The notes: generated from the letters alone by a model not told the origin. A DNA stretch of 64,000 nt from Erwinia sp. Eh17-17 (GCF_039675725.1 NZ_JBDFQT010000004.1:146881-210880), one strand, 5' to 3'. Positions 50,705 to 61,096 are shown, numbered from the stretch's first letter. Numbers and translations: made by a program.

Positions 50705-52285
50705 TTATTCCAGCGAGATAAAGTGATGCACTTTCGGTTTGTCCTCACCCTGGTGGAAGCGCGTCACGCTGCTCTGTAAATCCGCATCGGCATGCGAAAC
50801 CCGCTGATGCTGGCGCAGGTGCTCGTGCCAGGACTCGACCAGGAACCATTCAATCAGCGTGGTGGCATCGTGGCTGTGCTCGGCAATGCCCCAGGCGTAA
50901 GCGCCGTCGCGGCGGCGGGTCAGCGACAGCCTTTTAATCTCGGCCAGGAACGCCGGGCGGTCCTCCGCCTTCACCTGGTACTCAATCTGAATCATTACCG
51001 GGCCACGATCTGCCGTCACTTCCGTCTCTAATACCGGTTCATCCCAGTGGCCGGAAGGTTGCAGGTCGGCTTCCCCGGCCGGGAGCTTCAGACGCAGACA
51101 CAGCAGTGCGGAGACGGTCAGCGCTACGGCGGCGATCAGCAGGGTATTCACCAGCCCGGTTTCCTGTGCCACCAGCCCCCAGAACAGGCTGCCTGCGGCC
51201 ATCGCGCCGTTAAAGATCATCAGATACACCGCCAGGCCACGACCCCGCACCCAGTCCGGCAGTACCGCCTGCGCCACGCCGTTCAGCGAGGTCAGGGCAA
51301 TAATCCAGCTGACACCCAGCAGCACCATCAGCGGCAGAGCCAGCGCTTTGGCCGGCAGCAGGGCAATCACCACCATGACCAGCGCGGACAGCCCCGCCGA
51401 CAGCAGCATCAATCCGTCCACGTTCATCCGCTGACGCAGTAAAGGCAGCAGCAGCGCGCCGACAATCGCCCCCACGCCCACCGCGCCCAGCAGGGTGCCG
51501 TAAAACCCGGCGCTGCCCTGCAGCAGATTGCGCGCAACCAGCGGCAGCAGAGCCCAGATGGCGCTGGCAAAGAGGAAGTAAATCGCGGCACGGACCAGCA
51601 CCCGGTGCAGTTCACGGCTGGCTTTGACGTAGCGGATACCGGCACGGAACGCGCCGGGGAAGTGTTCGGACAGTTCCGTTTTCGCCTTTTGCGGCCGCTT
51701 CCACCAGATCAGGGCGGCAATCACAAACACATAGCTCATCACATCGGCACCGTAGGCGGCCCAGGCCCCAAGCGCCGCCAGCAGCAGACCGCCGGTCGCC
51801 GGACCGACGGCGCGGGCGATATTGATCCCCAGCGAGTTGAGCGCCACCGCATTCTTCAGCTGCGGACGCGGCACCAGCTCCGGCACAATCGCCTGCCAGG
51901 CCGGGCCCATCAGCGCCGCGCCAATACCGCCGATAAAGGTCAGCGCCACCAGGTACTCCACGGTCAGCAGATTATGATGCGACAGGAACAGCAGCGTGCC
52001 GCTGACGCTGGCCAGCAGCAGCTGCACAAAAATCAGCAGGCGGCGGCGGTCAAGAATATCGGACAGCACCCCGGCAGGGATCGCCAGCAGGAAAATCGGC
52101 AGCGTCGCGGCGGTCTGCATCAGCGCCACCGCCGCCGGGTTGGACGACAGCCCGGTGACCAGCCATGAGCTGGCCACGTCACGCATAAAACTCCCGGTGT
52201 TGCCGAGGATCGTCGCGGCCCAGATCACCGCGAACAGACCCTGCTTCAGAGGAGCAAACGCCCCGCCTGCATGATGCTGATTCAT
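50705..52285 (-). CDS. MFS efflux transporter with a C-terminal ABM/Dabb-like cytoplasmic domain
   Basis: 12-TM MFS core of about 400 aa plus a ~120-aa tail ...VMIQIEYQVKAEDRPAFLAEIKRL...LIEWFLVESWHEHLRQH... Confidence 0.75.
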   Translation of the reverse strand: MNQHHAGGAFAPLKQGLFAVIWAATILGNTGSFMRDVASSWLVTGLSSNPAAVALMQTAATLPIFLLAIPAGVLSDILDRRRLLIFVQLLLASVSGTLLFLSHHNLLTVEYLVALTFIGGIGAALMGPAWQAIVPELVPRPQLKNAVALNSLGINIARAVGPATGGLLLAALGAWAAYGADVMSYVFVIAALIWWKRPQKAKTELSEHFPGAFRAGIRYVKASRELHRVLVRAAIYFLFASAIWALLPLVARNLLQGSAGFYGTLLGAVGVGAIVGALLLPLLRQRMNVDGLMLLSAGLSALVMVVIALLPAKALALPLMVLLGVSWIIALTSLNGVAQAVLPDWVRGRGLAVYLMIFNGAMAAGSLFWGLVAQETGLVNTLLIAAVALTVSALLCLRLKLPAGEADLQPSGHWDEPVLETEVTADRGPVMIQIEYQVKAEDRPAFLAEIKRLSLTRRRDGAYAWGIAEHSHDATTLIEWFLVESWHEHLRQHQRVSHADADLQSSVTRFHQGEDKPKVHHFISLE

Positions 52286-52397
52286 TTTTCCGCCCTCAAA
52301 TCGTTCGATGCCACATACGCCAGCGCGCTCAGCCAGCCCACGGTGACAGACCAGGACACGCCGGAGGACAGAGCAGAAAGGGAAGCGTTACACATGG
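52284..52397 (-). CDS. Possible 37-aa upstream small ORF translationally coupled (ATGA overlap) to the MFS gene
   Basis: MCNASLSALSSGVSWSVTVGWLSALAYVASNDLRAEK ends in a TGA overlapping the MFS ATG. Hydrophobic. No clear RBS was checked. Confidence 0.25.
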
Positions 52398-52442
52398 TTC
52401 TCTCCTGCCGGGGTGACGCGAATCATCCCCGGCATCAGTGGG

Positions 52443-53176
52443 TTATCAGGCTTTGCGGGCCGGGGCGTTGTGTACCATGGTGTAGGCGTAGTCCACCCCC
52501 ATGCCGTACGCGCCGCTGTGCTCGCGCACCAGATTCATCACCTCGTCATACGTCTCTTTGCGTGACCAGTCGCGCTGGTACTCCAGCAATACCTGCTGCC
52601 ACGTCACCGGCACCGCCCCCGCCTGCACCATGCGGTCAATAGAGCGCTCGTGCGCGTCCACGCTGGTCCCGCCTGACGTGTCGGTCACCACGTAAACCTC
52701 AAACCCTTCCTTCATCGCCATCAGCGCCGGGAACGTCAGGCACACTTCGGTCCACAGGGCCGAGATAATCAGCTTCTTACGCCCCGTCGCCTTCACCGCC
52801 TTCACGAACGCCTCATCTTCCCAGGAGTTCATCGAGGTGCGCTCAATCGGCGCGGACTCCGGGTGTACCGCCAGCAGCTCCGGCCAGATGTAGCCGCTGA
52901 AACTCTCGGTTTCCACCGAGGTATAAATGGTCGGCACGTTAAAAATCTTTCCTGCTTTTGCCAAAGCAACGGTGTTATTTTTAAGCTGCTGACGATCGAT
53001 GTTAGCGACGCCGAACGACATCTGCGGCTGATGGTCAATGAAAATCAGGGTGGAGTTCTGTGGGTCCAGCAGGTCGAATTTAGACATTTTTTTATTCCTT
53101 TTACGTTTCAGGTTTCGGGTTTGTCTTGCGTGCTGACACAATACGAAATGGCCGTCCCGGTTGATAACGGAAAGAA
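52443..53176. repeat. About 735-bp direct repeat, copy 2
   Basis: See copy 1. The few differences include tgcacc/tgtacc, caggtcc/cagattc and cattttatt/catttttttatt. Confidence 0.85.
52446..53087 (-). CDS. Isochorismatase-family hydrolase (YcaC-like), copy 2
   Basis: The protein is identical to copy 1 apart from one substitution (D to N); the longer track ORFs differ at one further, non-coding N-terminal residue. Confidence 0.8.
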   Translation of the reverse strand: MSKFDLLDPQNSTLIFIDHQPQMSFGVANIDRQQLKNNTVALAKAGKIFNVPTIYTSVETESFSGYIWPELLAVHPESAPIERTSMNSWEDEAFVKAVKATGRKKLIISALWTEVCLTFPALMAMKEGFEVYVVTDTSGGTSVDAHERSIDRMVQAGAVPVTWQQVLLEYQRDWSRKETYDEVMNLVREHSGAYGMGVDYAYTMVHNAPARKA

Positions 53177-53356
53177 TTTGGTAACTTGTTCAGATTTTTT
53201 TGACGGGGGTTTTTGGCAAAGCACGGAGGGGGAACAGACAGTATTTCCTGTTGATCAATTGCGTCAGAACTATCCTGAGCGCCTGTGTCCGGTCGTGGAG
53301 AGAGAAGACAAACGCGATGTGATGGGTTTTAAAAGCGGGGCATCCCTGCCCGCGCG

Positions 53357-54253
53357 TCAGCTGTGTGCTGCCAGCCACACCGCATAGGCTTCATCCCAGA
53401 TGGCCGCGGGCGTACCGGCTTTCCCCAGGCCAAAACCGTGGCCGCCCTGTGAAATACGGATCATCTGCACCGATACCCCGGCTTTACGGCAGGTATCGTG
53501 CATGATCACGCTGTTTTCCGGGTCAGAGGTGCGGTCATCTTCCGCCTGAGCCAGGAACAGCGGCGGGTAAGCGCGGGTGACGTAGTTTTGCACCGACCAG
53601 TTGGCTTCTTCCGCCGGGGAGGGATGATTGCCCACCAGCGAGAGATGCGTATTGGTGTGGGTATAAGGCGGTTCAAGGGTGATCACCGGGTAGATCAGAC
53701 CCACGCTGTCCGCCTTCGGCACGATCTGGTCAATCTCATCCTGCGCAGGGTAGGACGCATAATCCGGGCGCGCGGCGGCCAGGCCGAGCATATGACCACC
53801 GGCAGAAAAACCGAGCAGGTGCACGTTGTTTTCTATCGACCGCACCAGGCGGATCGCCCGCTGCGCATCCTGGAAGGCCACGCGGTTGCCATCCTGCCAG
53901 TGTTCACCCGGCAGACGATAGCTCAGCACATAGGCGGTATAGCCCTTGCTGTTCAGCCAGCGCGCCACCGGCCAGCCTTCGCGCCCCATGCCTATCCAGC
54001 GATAGCCCCCGCCTGCGGCAATCAGTACCGCGCGACCGTTGGGATTTTCCGGCACAAAGCGCTGAATACCGGGGCTGACAATGTTAGACCACGAGCCGTT
54101 AGCCGAAATGCGCAGCGTCCCACTCGGCCCGCCGCCACCGGGGGGTTGATCGGGCCACAGCGGGAAAAAATCCTGACGGGCGAACAGCTTATCGGTGCTC
54201 ATGGCAAGCATAAACGCACCGGTACCCAATATGAACCGGCGGCGACTAATCAA
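53357..54253 (-). CDS. Secreted alpha/beta-hydrolase (esterase/lipase fold) with Tat-type signal
   Basis: MISRRRFILGTGAFMLA (RRxFL) and the nucleophile elbow HLLGFSAGGH (GxSxG). Confidence 0.75.
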   Translation of the reverse strand: MISRRRFILGTGAFMLAMSTDKLFARQDFFPLWPDQPPGGGGPSGTLRISANGSWSNIVSPGIQRFVPENPNGRAVLIAAGGGYRWIGMGREGWPVARWLNSKGYTAYVLSYRLPGEHWQDGNRVAFQDAQRAIRLVRSIENNVHLLGFSAGGHMLGLAAARPDYASYPAQDEIDQIVPKADSVGLIYPVITLEPPYTHTNTHLSLVGNHPSPAEEANWSVQNYVTRAYPPLFLAQAEDDRTSDPENSVIMHDTCRKAGVSVQMIRISQGGHGFGLGKAGTPAAIWDEAYAVWLAAHS

Positions 54254-54442
54254 GATGCATGTCCAACATTCTCAGCAGAAAACAGGGGGATAATTGTTGA
54301 GCCACAGACGGGACTGACTCAGTGGCGAAATAGTATGCATATCACGCATAAAATGCTACTGAGATCACACTTTTTTCATCGCCGGAGAGGAAATATTAAG
54401 GCGGAAGGCCACCGGACCCCGAAAACCAGAGTCCGGCGGGGA

Positions 54443-55366
54443 TTATTTGACGTTTTTACTGGCAAATTCGGCGTAATTTTCCTGGGTAATCACCTGGTAC
54501 GGGATCCACATAAACTTATCGCCCGCCTTACCATCAATGACCTGCTTCGCCATGGTCACCGCCCCTTTCCCCTGACCGGCGGCGTCCTGGAACACGGTTA
54601 GCGCCAGCTTACCGTTTTTAATAAACTGCAGCGCATCCGGGGTGCCGTCGATGCCCGCCACCAGAATATCTTTTCTGCCGCTCTGGCTCAGCGCCATAAT
54701 CGCCCCAATCGCCATTTCATCGTTGTTGGCGGCGATAGCATCGATTTTATCGCCGGACAGCAGCCAGCCGGAGGTGACATCCACCGCTTCATTACGCATC
54801 CACTGGGCAGACTGCTTCTCAACCACTTTCATCTCTTTATATTTGGCGATGACGTCTTCCGTCGCTTTGGTGCGCTGGCGGGCTTCTTCCGCCGACAGCG
54901 CGCCCATCAGGATGGCAACGTTACCTTTGTAATTCATTTTTTTCGCCAGCGCTTCCATCTCCATGCGCCCGCCCAGCATCGAGTCAGATCCGACGTAGGC
55001 CATCTTGCCGCTCAGTTCGAGCTCCGGCTTGCGGTTAACGAAAATCAGCGGAATATTGGCGCGCTTCGCCGCTTCCATCATCGGTTTCACCCCCTGGGTA
55101 TCCACCGGATTGAGGATGATGGCGTCAACGCCCTGATTAATGAAGTTCTCAACCTGCTGTACCTGGACCGCAACGTCCCCTTTGGCATCTTCAAACTGCC
55201 CGCGGATGTGCTCCTTTTCCATCTCCTTCGCCATCTGGGTGCGCAGGATAGAAACGAAATTCAGGTCGAAATTCGCCAGCGCCACGCCAATACGCAGATC
55301 TTTTGCCTGGGAAGCGGGGGCCAGTATCAGCGCCCCGATCAGCAGTGCGATTTTATTTACGTTCAT
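54443..55366 (-). CDS. Periplasmic sugar-binding protein of the ribose/galactose ABC-transporter family (orphan: no adjacent permease or ATPase)
   Basis: Signal peptide MNVNKIALLIGALILAPASQA and the type-I periplasmic binding fold (KDLRIGVALANFDLNFVSILR...). Confidence 0.8.
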   Translation of the reverse strand: MNVNKIALLIGALILAPASQAKDLRIGVALANFDLNFVSILRTQMAKEMEKEHIRGQFEDAKGDVAVQVQQVENFINQGVDAIILNPVDTQGVKPMMEAAKRANIPLIFVNRKPELELSGKMAYVGSDSMLGGRMEMEALAKKMNYKGNVAILMGALSAEEARQRTKATEDVIAKYKEMKVVEKQSAQWMRNEAVDVTSGWLLSGDKIDAIAANNDEMAIGAIMALSQSGRKDILVAGIDGTPDALQFIKNGKLALTVFQDAAGQGKGAVTMAKQVIDGKAGDKFMWIPYQVITQENYAEFASKNVK

Positions 55367-55445
55367 AGAGAGATTCCTGTAGGTGTCGGTAAGTTATTAT
55401 TTTGTTGAGTAAAAGCGGCCAGACGCTGCCGCATCACTGCGTTAA

Positions 55446-56225
55446 TTAATCGAAATGTGCTTTGAACGCGGCCAGCGCAGCTTCGCTGTCGCCTGACGCC
55501 CAGCCTTCCAGCGCGATGGTCCCGCGATAGTTCATGGCGCGCAGCGCGCTGGCCACCGCGCGATAGTTGATTTCGCCCGTACCCGGCTCGCAGCGCCCCG
55601 GCACGTCCGCGACCTGGATTTCACCAATGGCAGCGCCACAGCGCCTGACCAGCTCGATCAGGTTGCCTTCGCCGATCTGCGCGTGATACAGGTCAAGATT
55701 CATCTTCAGATACGGGCTGTTCACCGCCTCCACCAGCGCCAGCGTATCGGCCGCTCTGGCAAACGGCGTGCCCGGATGGTCCACCGCGAGGTTGAGGTTC
55801 TCCAGGGTAAATACCCGCCCGGCTTTCTCACCCAGCGCGGCTAATTTTTCCAGGGTCCGCACGGCTTTTACCCACATTTCGCCGGTCACCACCGCCACCG
55901 GCTTCACCGGCAGGCCCTGATTGTCCAGCCCGGTACCGTGCAGGTTGAGGCTCGGGCAGTTGAGCCGCTGCGCGACGGCCAGTGATTCTGCGGCGCTGCT
56001 CAGCAGCGAGTCGATCTCCACGTCGTCCGTCAGGTTGCCCGTCAGGTAGCCGGTCATCGAGGTGAAACGCGCCCCGGTTGCGGCCAGCGCGTCGATGTCT
56101 TTATTATTCCAGTGCCAGATTTCCACACCGAAACCGAGCTGGTGAATACGCTGCACCCGTTCGATAAACGGTAAATCCAGAAAAACCATCTCGGCTGATA
56201 CTGAAAGACGATAATCCGCCATCAT
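55446..56225 (-). CDS. Sugar-phosphate isomerase/epimerase (xylose-isomerase-like TIM barrel; hydroxypyruvate isomerase/IolI-like)
   Basis: 259 aa with TIM-barrel AP-endonuclease-2-like motifs. Adjacent to the Gfo/Idh/MocA dehydrogenase. Confidence 0.7.
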   Translation of the reverse strand: MMADYRLSVSAEMVFLDLPFIERVQRIHQLGFGVEIWHWNNKDIDALAATGARFTSMTGYLTGNLTDDVEIDSLLSSAAESLAVAQRLNCPSLNLHGTGLDNQGLPVKPVAVVTGEMWVKAVRTLEKLAALGEKAGRVFTLENLNLAVDHPGTPFARAADTLALVEAVNSPYLKMNLDLYHAQIGEGNLIELVRRCGAAIGEIQVADVPGRCEPGTGEINYRAVASALRAMNYRGTIALEGWASGDSEAALAAFKAHFD

Positions 56226-56227
56226 TG

Positions 56228-57250
56228 TTATCCTCGTAGTTGAATCGGTTTACCCTGACGCACAGAGTCAATGCAGGCCAGCGCAATTTCCAGCGCGTTG
56301 CGCGCATCGTCACCGGTGGCGCGCGGGGTGTCACCGCTGGCCGCGCAGCGGACAAATTCGCTCAGCTCGGCAATATAGGCATCTGCCAGCAGGTCAGTAT
56401 CCTGACGCGAAGTGTCAATCGAGATCCCACCCGCGCCGTAGCGTACGCAGTTATTTACGTTGATATTGCCCATCTGGAACATGCCGTTGCTGCCGAACAC
56501 CTCCGCCCGCACATCGTAGCCGTAGACGGCCTGGAAGTTGGCCTCTGCCACCGCTATCGCACCGTTATCAAAGCGGATCGTCACCACTGAGGTATCCAGC
56601 AGCCCCCGGTCTTTAAAGTCCGGGCGCACCAGCGCATCGGCGATGGCATACACTTCCACCGGTTGCGCGCCGGGGTTGCAGTGCAGCAAAGTGTCAAAGT
56701 CGTGGATCAGCGTTTCCAGATAGATGGTCCAGGGCGGGATACCGGCCGGATCGCGCAGCGGCGACGGGTCGCGGGTCAGCGAGCGAATCAGCTGCGGGGT
56801 GCCGATCTCCCCCGCTTTAATTCCGGCCAGCGCGGCGGCAAAACCGCTGGCGAAGCGGCGGTTAAACCCGACCTGCAACACCACGTTCGCCGCTCTGGCG
56901 GCGGCGATGGCGCGATCGGCTTCTTCCAGCGTAATGGCCATCGGCTTTTCGCAGAACACATGCTTTCCGGCACGGGCAGCGGCGACCACCAGCTCCGCGT
57001 GGGTGCGCGCCGGAGTGGCAATCAGCACGGCGTCAATGTCCGCATCGTCGAGCATCGCCTGTGGTTCGCTGTAAAATTTCCCGGCACCGAGCTTTTCAGC
57101 CAGCCGCTGCGCGGCACCCGGCACCGGATCGGCCACGGCGGCCAGTAGCGCACCCGGCACCTTTTGCGCCAGCGACGTGGCGTGGAAACTTCCCATGCGC
57201 CCGGCTCCGATTAATCCCACTCGTACGCGATTGTGTGTAGCTGACATCTT
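56228..57250 (-). CDS. Gfo/Idh/MocA-family NAD(P)-dependent oxidoreductase (inositol 2-dehydrogenase-like)
   Basis: N-terminal Rossmann VRVGLIGAGRMGSFHA. The start was chosen at MSATHNRVRVG. The upstream extension in the track ORF is unlikely. Confidence 0.8.
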   Translation of the reverse strand, partial: KMSATHNRVRVGLIGAGRMGSFHATSLAQKVPGALLAAVADPVPGAAQRLAEKLGAGKFYSEPQAMLDDADIDAVLIATPARTHAELVVAAARAGKHVFCEKPMAITLEEADRAIAAARAANVVLQVGFNRRFASGFAAALAGIKAGEIGTPQLIRSLTRDPSPLRDPAGIPPWTIYLETLIHDFDTLLHCNPGAQPVEVYAIADALVRPDFKDRGLLDTSVVTIRFDNGAIAVAEANFQAVYGYDVRAEVFGSNGMFQMGNINVNNCVRYGAGGISIDTSRQDTDLLADAYIAELSEFVRCAASGDTPRATGDDARNALEIALACIDSVRQGKPIQLRG

Positions 57251-57294
57251 GTTCCCCTTCAGGTGGCTGACTGTTTTAGCGTTAAACAGACATA

Positions 57295-57310
57295 AGCAAA
57301 CCCTATGCCA
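57295..57310 (-). promoter_or_regulatory. Sigma-54 (-24/-12) promoter for the oxidoreductase-isomerase-SBP operon
   Basis: The minus strand reads cTGGCATagggtTTGCTta, with GG and GC 12 bp apart. It is about 45 bp upstream of the start codon and divergent from a sigma-54 activator gene. Confidence 0.65.
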
Positions 57311-57434
57311 GAGTGCGTAAGGCCGGGTGGTGCGCCTTTCCCTGTGCCTGGCGATCACAAAATGGACACAAAAAAAACATGTCAACTTAACATGTCGATA
57401 AAATGGACACTTCTGTGAGCGGGGGAGAAGCAGT

Positions 57435-59435
57435 ATGAATCAGGCAAACTTTGCGGGTGCAATCGACAGCGAAAACGAGGGCAAACTCAGCCTGCCGACG
57501 GGAAACGAGGCCAGCCGCTGGGACAGCCTGCTGGAACAGGCGAGAGTCGACTTTGACGCCGGGCGGGAGCCGACGTTTGTCCGCCCTGAGGTGCTCAGCT
57601 CGTGGAAACGCAGCCGCGACGCCGGGATTGACCCGTCGCACTTTGCCTATACCTCCCCGCCGGAGGATGAGGTCAGACAGATTCAGGCCGACCATGCCGA
57701 ACTGATTGAGGTGGCAGGCAGCATTATGGAAAACCTGCTGGCCTACAACCCCGACGGCCACATCAATCTGACCAGCGCGCAGGGCATCACGCTCTCCTGC
57801 TGCGGGCGCGACCTGACCCCGGTGGGCAGCATTCTCACCGAATCTGAAATGGGCACCAACTGCACGGCCTGCTGTCTGAAACAGCAGCGGCTGGTCTATC
57901 TGCTCAACGGCGAAAACTGGAAGCTTGCCCTGCGCCAGCGCCGCCTGCAGTGTACCGCCGCGCCCATCCGCGATGCCGACGGGCAGATGATCGGCGTGCT
58001 GACGCTCACTGCCAGCCAGGATAATTTTCACTATCACACCCTCGGCACGGTGCAGGCCGCTGCCGAAGCCATTCGCCAGCAGCTGATGCTGCGGGCGCTG
58101 CTGGCCGAACAGACGTCGATACTTGAAACGCTCAATGAAGGGGTGATCGTGCTCGATCGCTCAGGGACGATCAAAACCATCAACCGCTATGCCCGGCAGA
58201 TCTTCCAGTGCGAAGCGCGGGCAGGCCAGCAGATCGATGAAAGGCTTAACCCGGAAAATCTGCGCCTGGCCACCATGACCTTCTGTAACGACCGTGAAAT
58301 CATCTTCACCCCCGCAGAGGGTCAGCGCATCTCCTGCCTGGTGTCGGTGATGTCTGCACCGGCCGGCGGCCGGGTGATTACCCTGCGTGAAAATCAGCGT
58401 ATCCGCGCCATTACCCGCCGGGTGATGGGGGCCAGCGCCAGCTACACCTTTGATATGCTGTGCGGCAGTGCGCCCGCGCTACAGGTGGCGATGGATAAAG
58501 CACGCAGCAGCTGCCGCAGCGACAGCACGGTGCTGCTGACCGGCGAGAGCGGCACCGGCAAGGAGCTGTTTGCCCAGGCGATCCACAACGGCAGCCCGCG
58601 CAGCGGCGAGCCGTTTATCGCCGTCAACTGCGGCGCACTGCCGCGCGACCTGGTACAGAGCGAGCTGTTTGGCTATATGGACGGCGCGTTTACCGGGTCG
58701 CGGCGCGGCGGCGCGGCCGGCAAGTTCGAACTGGCAGAGGGGGGAACGCTGTTTCTGGATGAGATCGGCGATATGCCGCTGGAGGCACAGGCCAGCCTGC
58801 TGCGGGTGTTACAGGAGAGTGAAGTGGTGCGCATCGGTGCTTCGCTGCCGGTGAAAGTGAACGTGCGCATTATTGCCGCCACCAACTGCAACCTGATCAG
58901 AGCCGTGGAAACCGGCGCCTTTCGCCGCGACCTCTACTACCGTCTGAACGTTATCTCTGTTCCCATTCCGGCCCTGCGCGAACGCAGCAGCGATATTCCG
59001 GCGCTGACCGAATGGTTCCGCCAAAAAGTCTGCGCTCAGTTGAAAAAGGCCAACGTGCAGTTTACCCCGCGTGCCTTAGAGGCCCTGAGCCAGTACCCCT
59101 GGCCGGGCAACGTGCGTGAGCTGGAAAACATCGTCGAGCGGACGATCAATATGCATAGCGGACTGTTGATTGATGCCGGCGATCTGCCGGACGAAGTCAC
59201 ACAGTACAGCCAGCGGCTTCCGGTGTCCTCACGCTCTTCCGCTGCGCAGTCCGTGCGCCTTGATGATAACGAACGTGCGCATATCATCACCACGCTCAGC
59301 GCGCTGGACGGCAACCTGCGTCAGGCCGCGCGGCAAATGGGGCTGTCACGCGCCGGGTTATATAATAAACTGAAGAAATATCAGATTAGCGTCGATGATT
59401 TTCGCCGCCAGTCCCTGTCAGGATCGCCACGGTGA
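57435..59435 (+). CDS. Sigma-54-dependent transcriptional activator with N-terminal GAF/PAS sensory region (AcoR/DhaR-like)
   Basis: AAA+ sigma-54 interaction domain ([14 protein letters not shown]-type motif ...[10 protein letters not shown]...) and a C-terminal Fis-type HTH. 666 aa. Confidence 0.85.
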   Translation: MNQANFAGAIDSENEGKLSLPTGNEASRWDSLLEQARVDFDAGREPTFVRPEVLSSWKRSRDAGIDPSHFAYTSPPEDEVRQIQADHAELIEVAGSIMENLLAYNPDGHINLTSAQGITLSCCGRDLTPVGSILTESEMGTNCTACCLKQQRLVYLLNGENWKLALRQRRLQCTAAPIRDADGQMIGVLTLTASQDNFHYHTLGTVQAAAEAIRQQLMLRALLAEQTSILETLNEGVIVLDRSGTIKTINRYARQIFQCEARAGQQIDERLNPENLRLATMTFCNDREIIFTPAEGQRISCLVSVMSAPAGGRVITLRENQRIRAITRRVMGASASYTFDMLCGSAPALQVAMDKARSSCRSDSTVLLTGESGTGKELFAQAIHNGSPRSGEPFIAVNCGALPRDLVQSELFGYMDGAFTGSRRGGAAGKFELAEGGTLFLDEIGDMPLEAQASLLRVLQESEVVRIGASLPVKVNVRIIAATNCNLIRAVETGAFRRDLYYRLNVISVPIPALRERSSDIPALTEWFRQKVCAQLKKANVQFTPRALEALSQYPWPGNVRELENIVERTINMHSGLLIDAGDLPDEVTQYSQRLPVSSRSSAAQSVRLDDNERAHIITTLSALDGNLRQAARQMGLSRAGLYNKLKKYQISVDDFRRQSLSGSPR

Positions 59436-59463
59436 CCTTTTTTCTCTGAGTTGATTGAGTGTT

Positions 59464-60130
59464 TATGGGGTTCGAACATCTGGATTTTGCCGTCATCCTG
59501 CTGCAAATCGTATTAATTGACCTGTTGCTGGGGGGAGATAACGCCGTGGTTATCGCCCTCGCCTGCCGCAAACTGCCGCCGCAGAGGCAGAAAAAAGCCA
59601 TTATTCTCGGCACGTTTGGCGCGATAGTCGCCAGGGTGGTGCTGCTGATTATTGCTGTTCAGCTGCTGGCGCTGCCGTGGCTGAAGGTGGTGGGCGGCCT
59701 GCTGCTGCTGTGGATTGGCTTTAAGCTGGTCAGCAACGAAGAGGAAGAGACCACGGTCGACAGCGACAGCCGCCTGTGGAAAACGGTGTTGACGATTACG
59801 CTGGCCGATGTGGTGATGTCGCTGGATAACGTGCTGGCCGTGGCGGCCGCCGGGAATGGCAACGTCTGGCTGGTATCGTTCGGCGTGCTGATCAGCATTC
59901 CGGTTATCATGATGGGCAGCAAACTGGTGCTGAAACTGCTGACACGCTTCCCGTTTATCGTCACGCTGGGCGGCGCGTTAATCGGCTGGATTGCGGGCAG
60001 TATGCTGGTCAGTGACCCGGCGTTGCAGCACCTGACCGGCCATCTGGCGTGGCTGCACTGGGTTGCCGGGGCAGCGGGGGCGCTGCTGGTGATGGGGTAC
60101 GGCGTCGGGAGGCGTGCGCTGAAGGTTTAA
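59464..60130 (+). CDS. TerC-family integral membrane protein (YgdQ-like)
   Basis: ...LGGDNAVVIALA... and ...SLDNVLAVAAA... are duplicated TerC motifs. Confidence 0.8.
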
Positions 60131-60156
60131 AACAGCCACGCCATCGCATTCTGTTG

Positions 60157-60191
60157 CAGGGCCCGACCGTCTGTTTTTCGGTCGGGCCCTG
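60157..60191. terminator. Bidirectional terminator
   Basis: cagggcccgaccg tctgttttt cggtcgggccctg, a perfect 13-bp stem. Confidence 0.8.
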
Positions 60192-60205
60192 CCGGTGATG
60201 CGCCT

Positions 60206-60703
60206 TTAAATCTTCTCTTTGCGCGACATGCTGTCGAGATAACCCATGACAAACGCCGACAGCACAAACGTCAGATGAATAATCACGTACCACAGCAGTT
60301 TGTTATCCGGAATATTCTTCGCATCCATAAAGACTCGCAGTAAATGGATCGATGAAATCGCCACAATCGACGCCGCGACCTTATTCTTCAGCGATCCGGA
60401 ATCCATCTTGCCCAGCCAGGTGAGCTTCTCTTTGTTCTCGTCAATATCCAGCTTAGAGACAAAGTTCTCGTAGCCCGACAGCATCACCATCACCAGCAGC
60501 CCGCCGACCAGCGTCATGTCGATCATCGAAAGCAGCACCAGCACCATGTCATTTTCCGATATTTCCAGCACGTGCGGCAGCAGGTGGATCAGCTCCTGGA
60601 AAAACTTAATGGCCAGCGCCACTAATCCCAGCGACAACCCAAGGTAGATCGGAGCCAGCAGCCAGCGCGCAGAGTAAATCAGGTTTTCGACGAAACGTTC
60701 CAT
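60206..60703 (-). CDS. yqhA: UPF0114 inner-membrane protein YqhA
   Basis: [40 protein letters not shown]... is about 85% identical to E. coli YqhA (164 aa). The upstream part of the track ORF is not conserved. Confidence 0.9.
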   Translation of the reverse strand: MERFVENLIYSARWLLAPIYLGLSLGLVALAIKFFQELIHLLPHVLEISENDMVLVLLSMIDMTLVGGLLVMVMLSGYENFVSKLDIDENKEKLTWLGKMDSGSLKNKVAASIVAISSIHLLRVFMDAKNIPDNKLLWYVIIHLTFVLSAFVMGYLDSMSRKEKI

Positions 60704-60878
60704 AGCATCCAGTTCACAATTCAACAGGGCGAACAGTATACCCGATGGCAGAAGCACTTTTTCAACACGCTGGCGCTTAAAAGCGTGGAATTTAAGCGAC
60801 TTTACGTTGAGAGCGGAAAAAAGGGCGCAGAATGACCGCCAGTGGCATCTGAGCATCCTGCCCCGACGCCCCCTCACG

Positions 60879-61082
60879 CTATTCGCGCCCCTGCGGCCCC
60901 TCGTCACGGCTGCCCTGCGGCAGCAGATCGTTAATCGGCCGCATCATCTTTTGCTTCTGGCGCTCATAGCCGAACGGGCTCCCCCTGCCATTGTCTGCCT
61001 GCGGGCTGGCCGCAGCGGCCTGGGTCAGGGATGTCAGGCACAGCACCGCCAGCAGGGCGGCGATTTTAATCAACTGTGGCAC
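60879..61082 (-). CDS. Small secreted protein (67 aa, GTG start) immediately downstream of the MarA-like gene
   Basis: A strong GGAGG RBS lies 4 nt before the GTG, directly after the upstream stop. Signal peptide [22 protein letters not shown], and a hydrophilic ~40-aa mature part. Confidence 0.45.
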   Translation of the reverse strand: MPQLIKIAALLAVLCLTSLTQAAAASPQADNGRGSPFGYERQKQKMMRPINDLLPQGSRDEGPQGRE

Positions 61083-61096
61083 GGGGCCTCCGGGGC

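Noticed and set aside
53498-54601. 367-aa plus-strand ORF
   Set aside because: It spans, in antisense, the hydrolase gene, an intergenic region and the start of the binding-protein gene. The composition is Arg/Gly-rich.
56663-58037. 161-aa plus-strand and 216-aa minus-strand ORFs
   Set aside because: Antisense to the oxidoreductase and to the sigma-54 activator, respectively.
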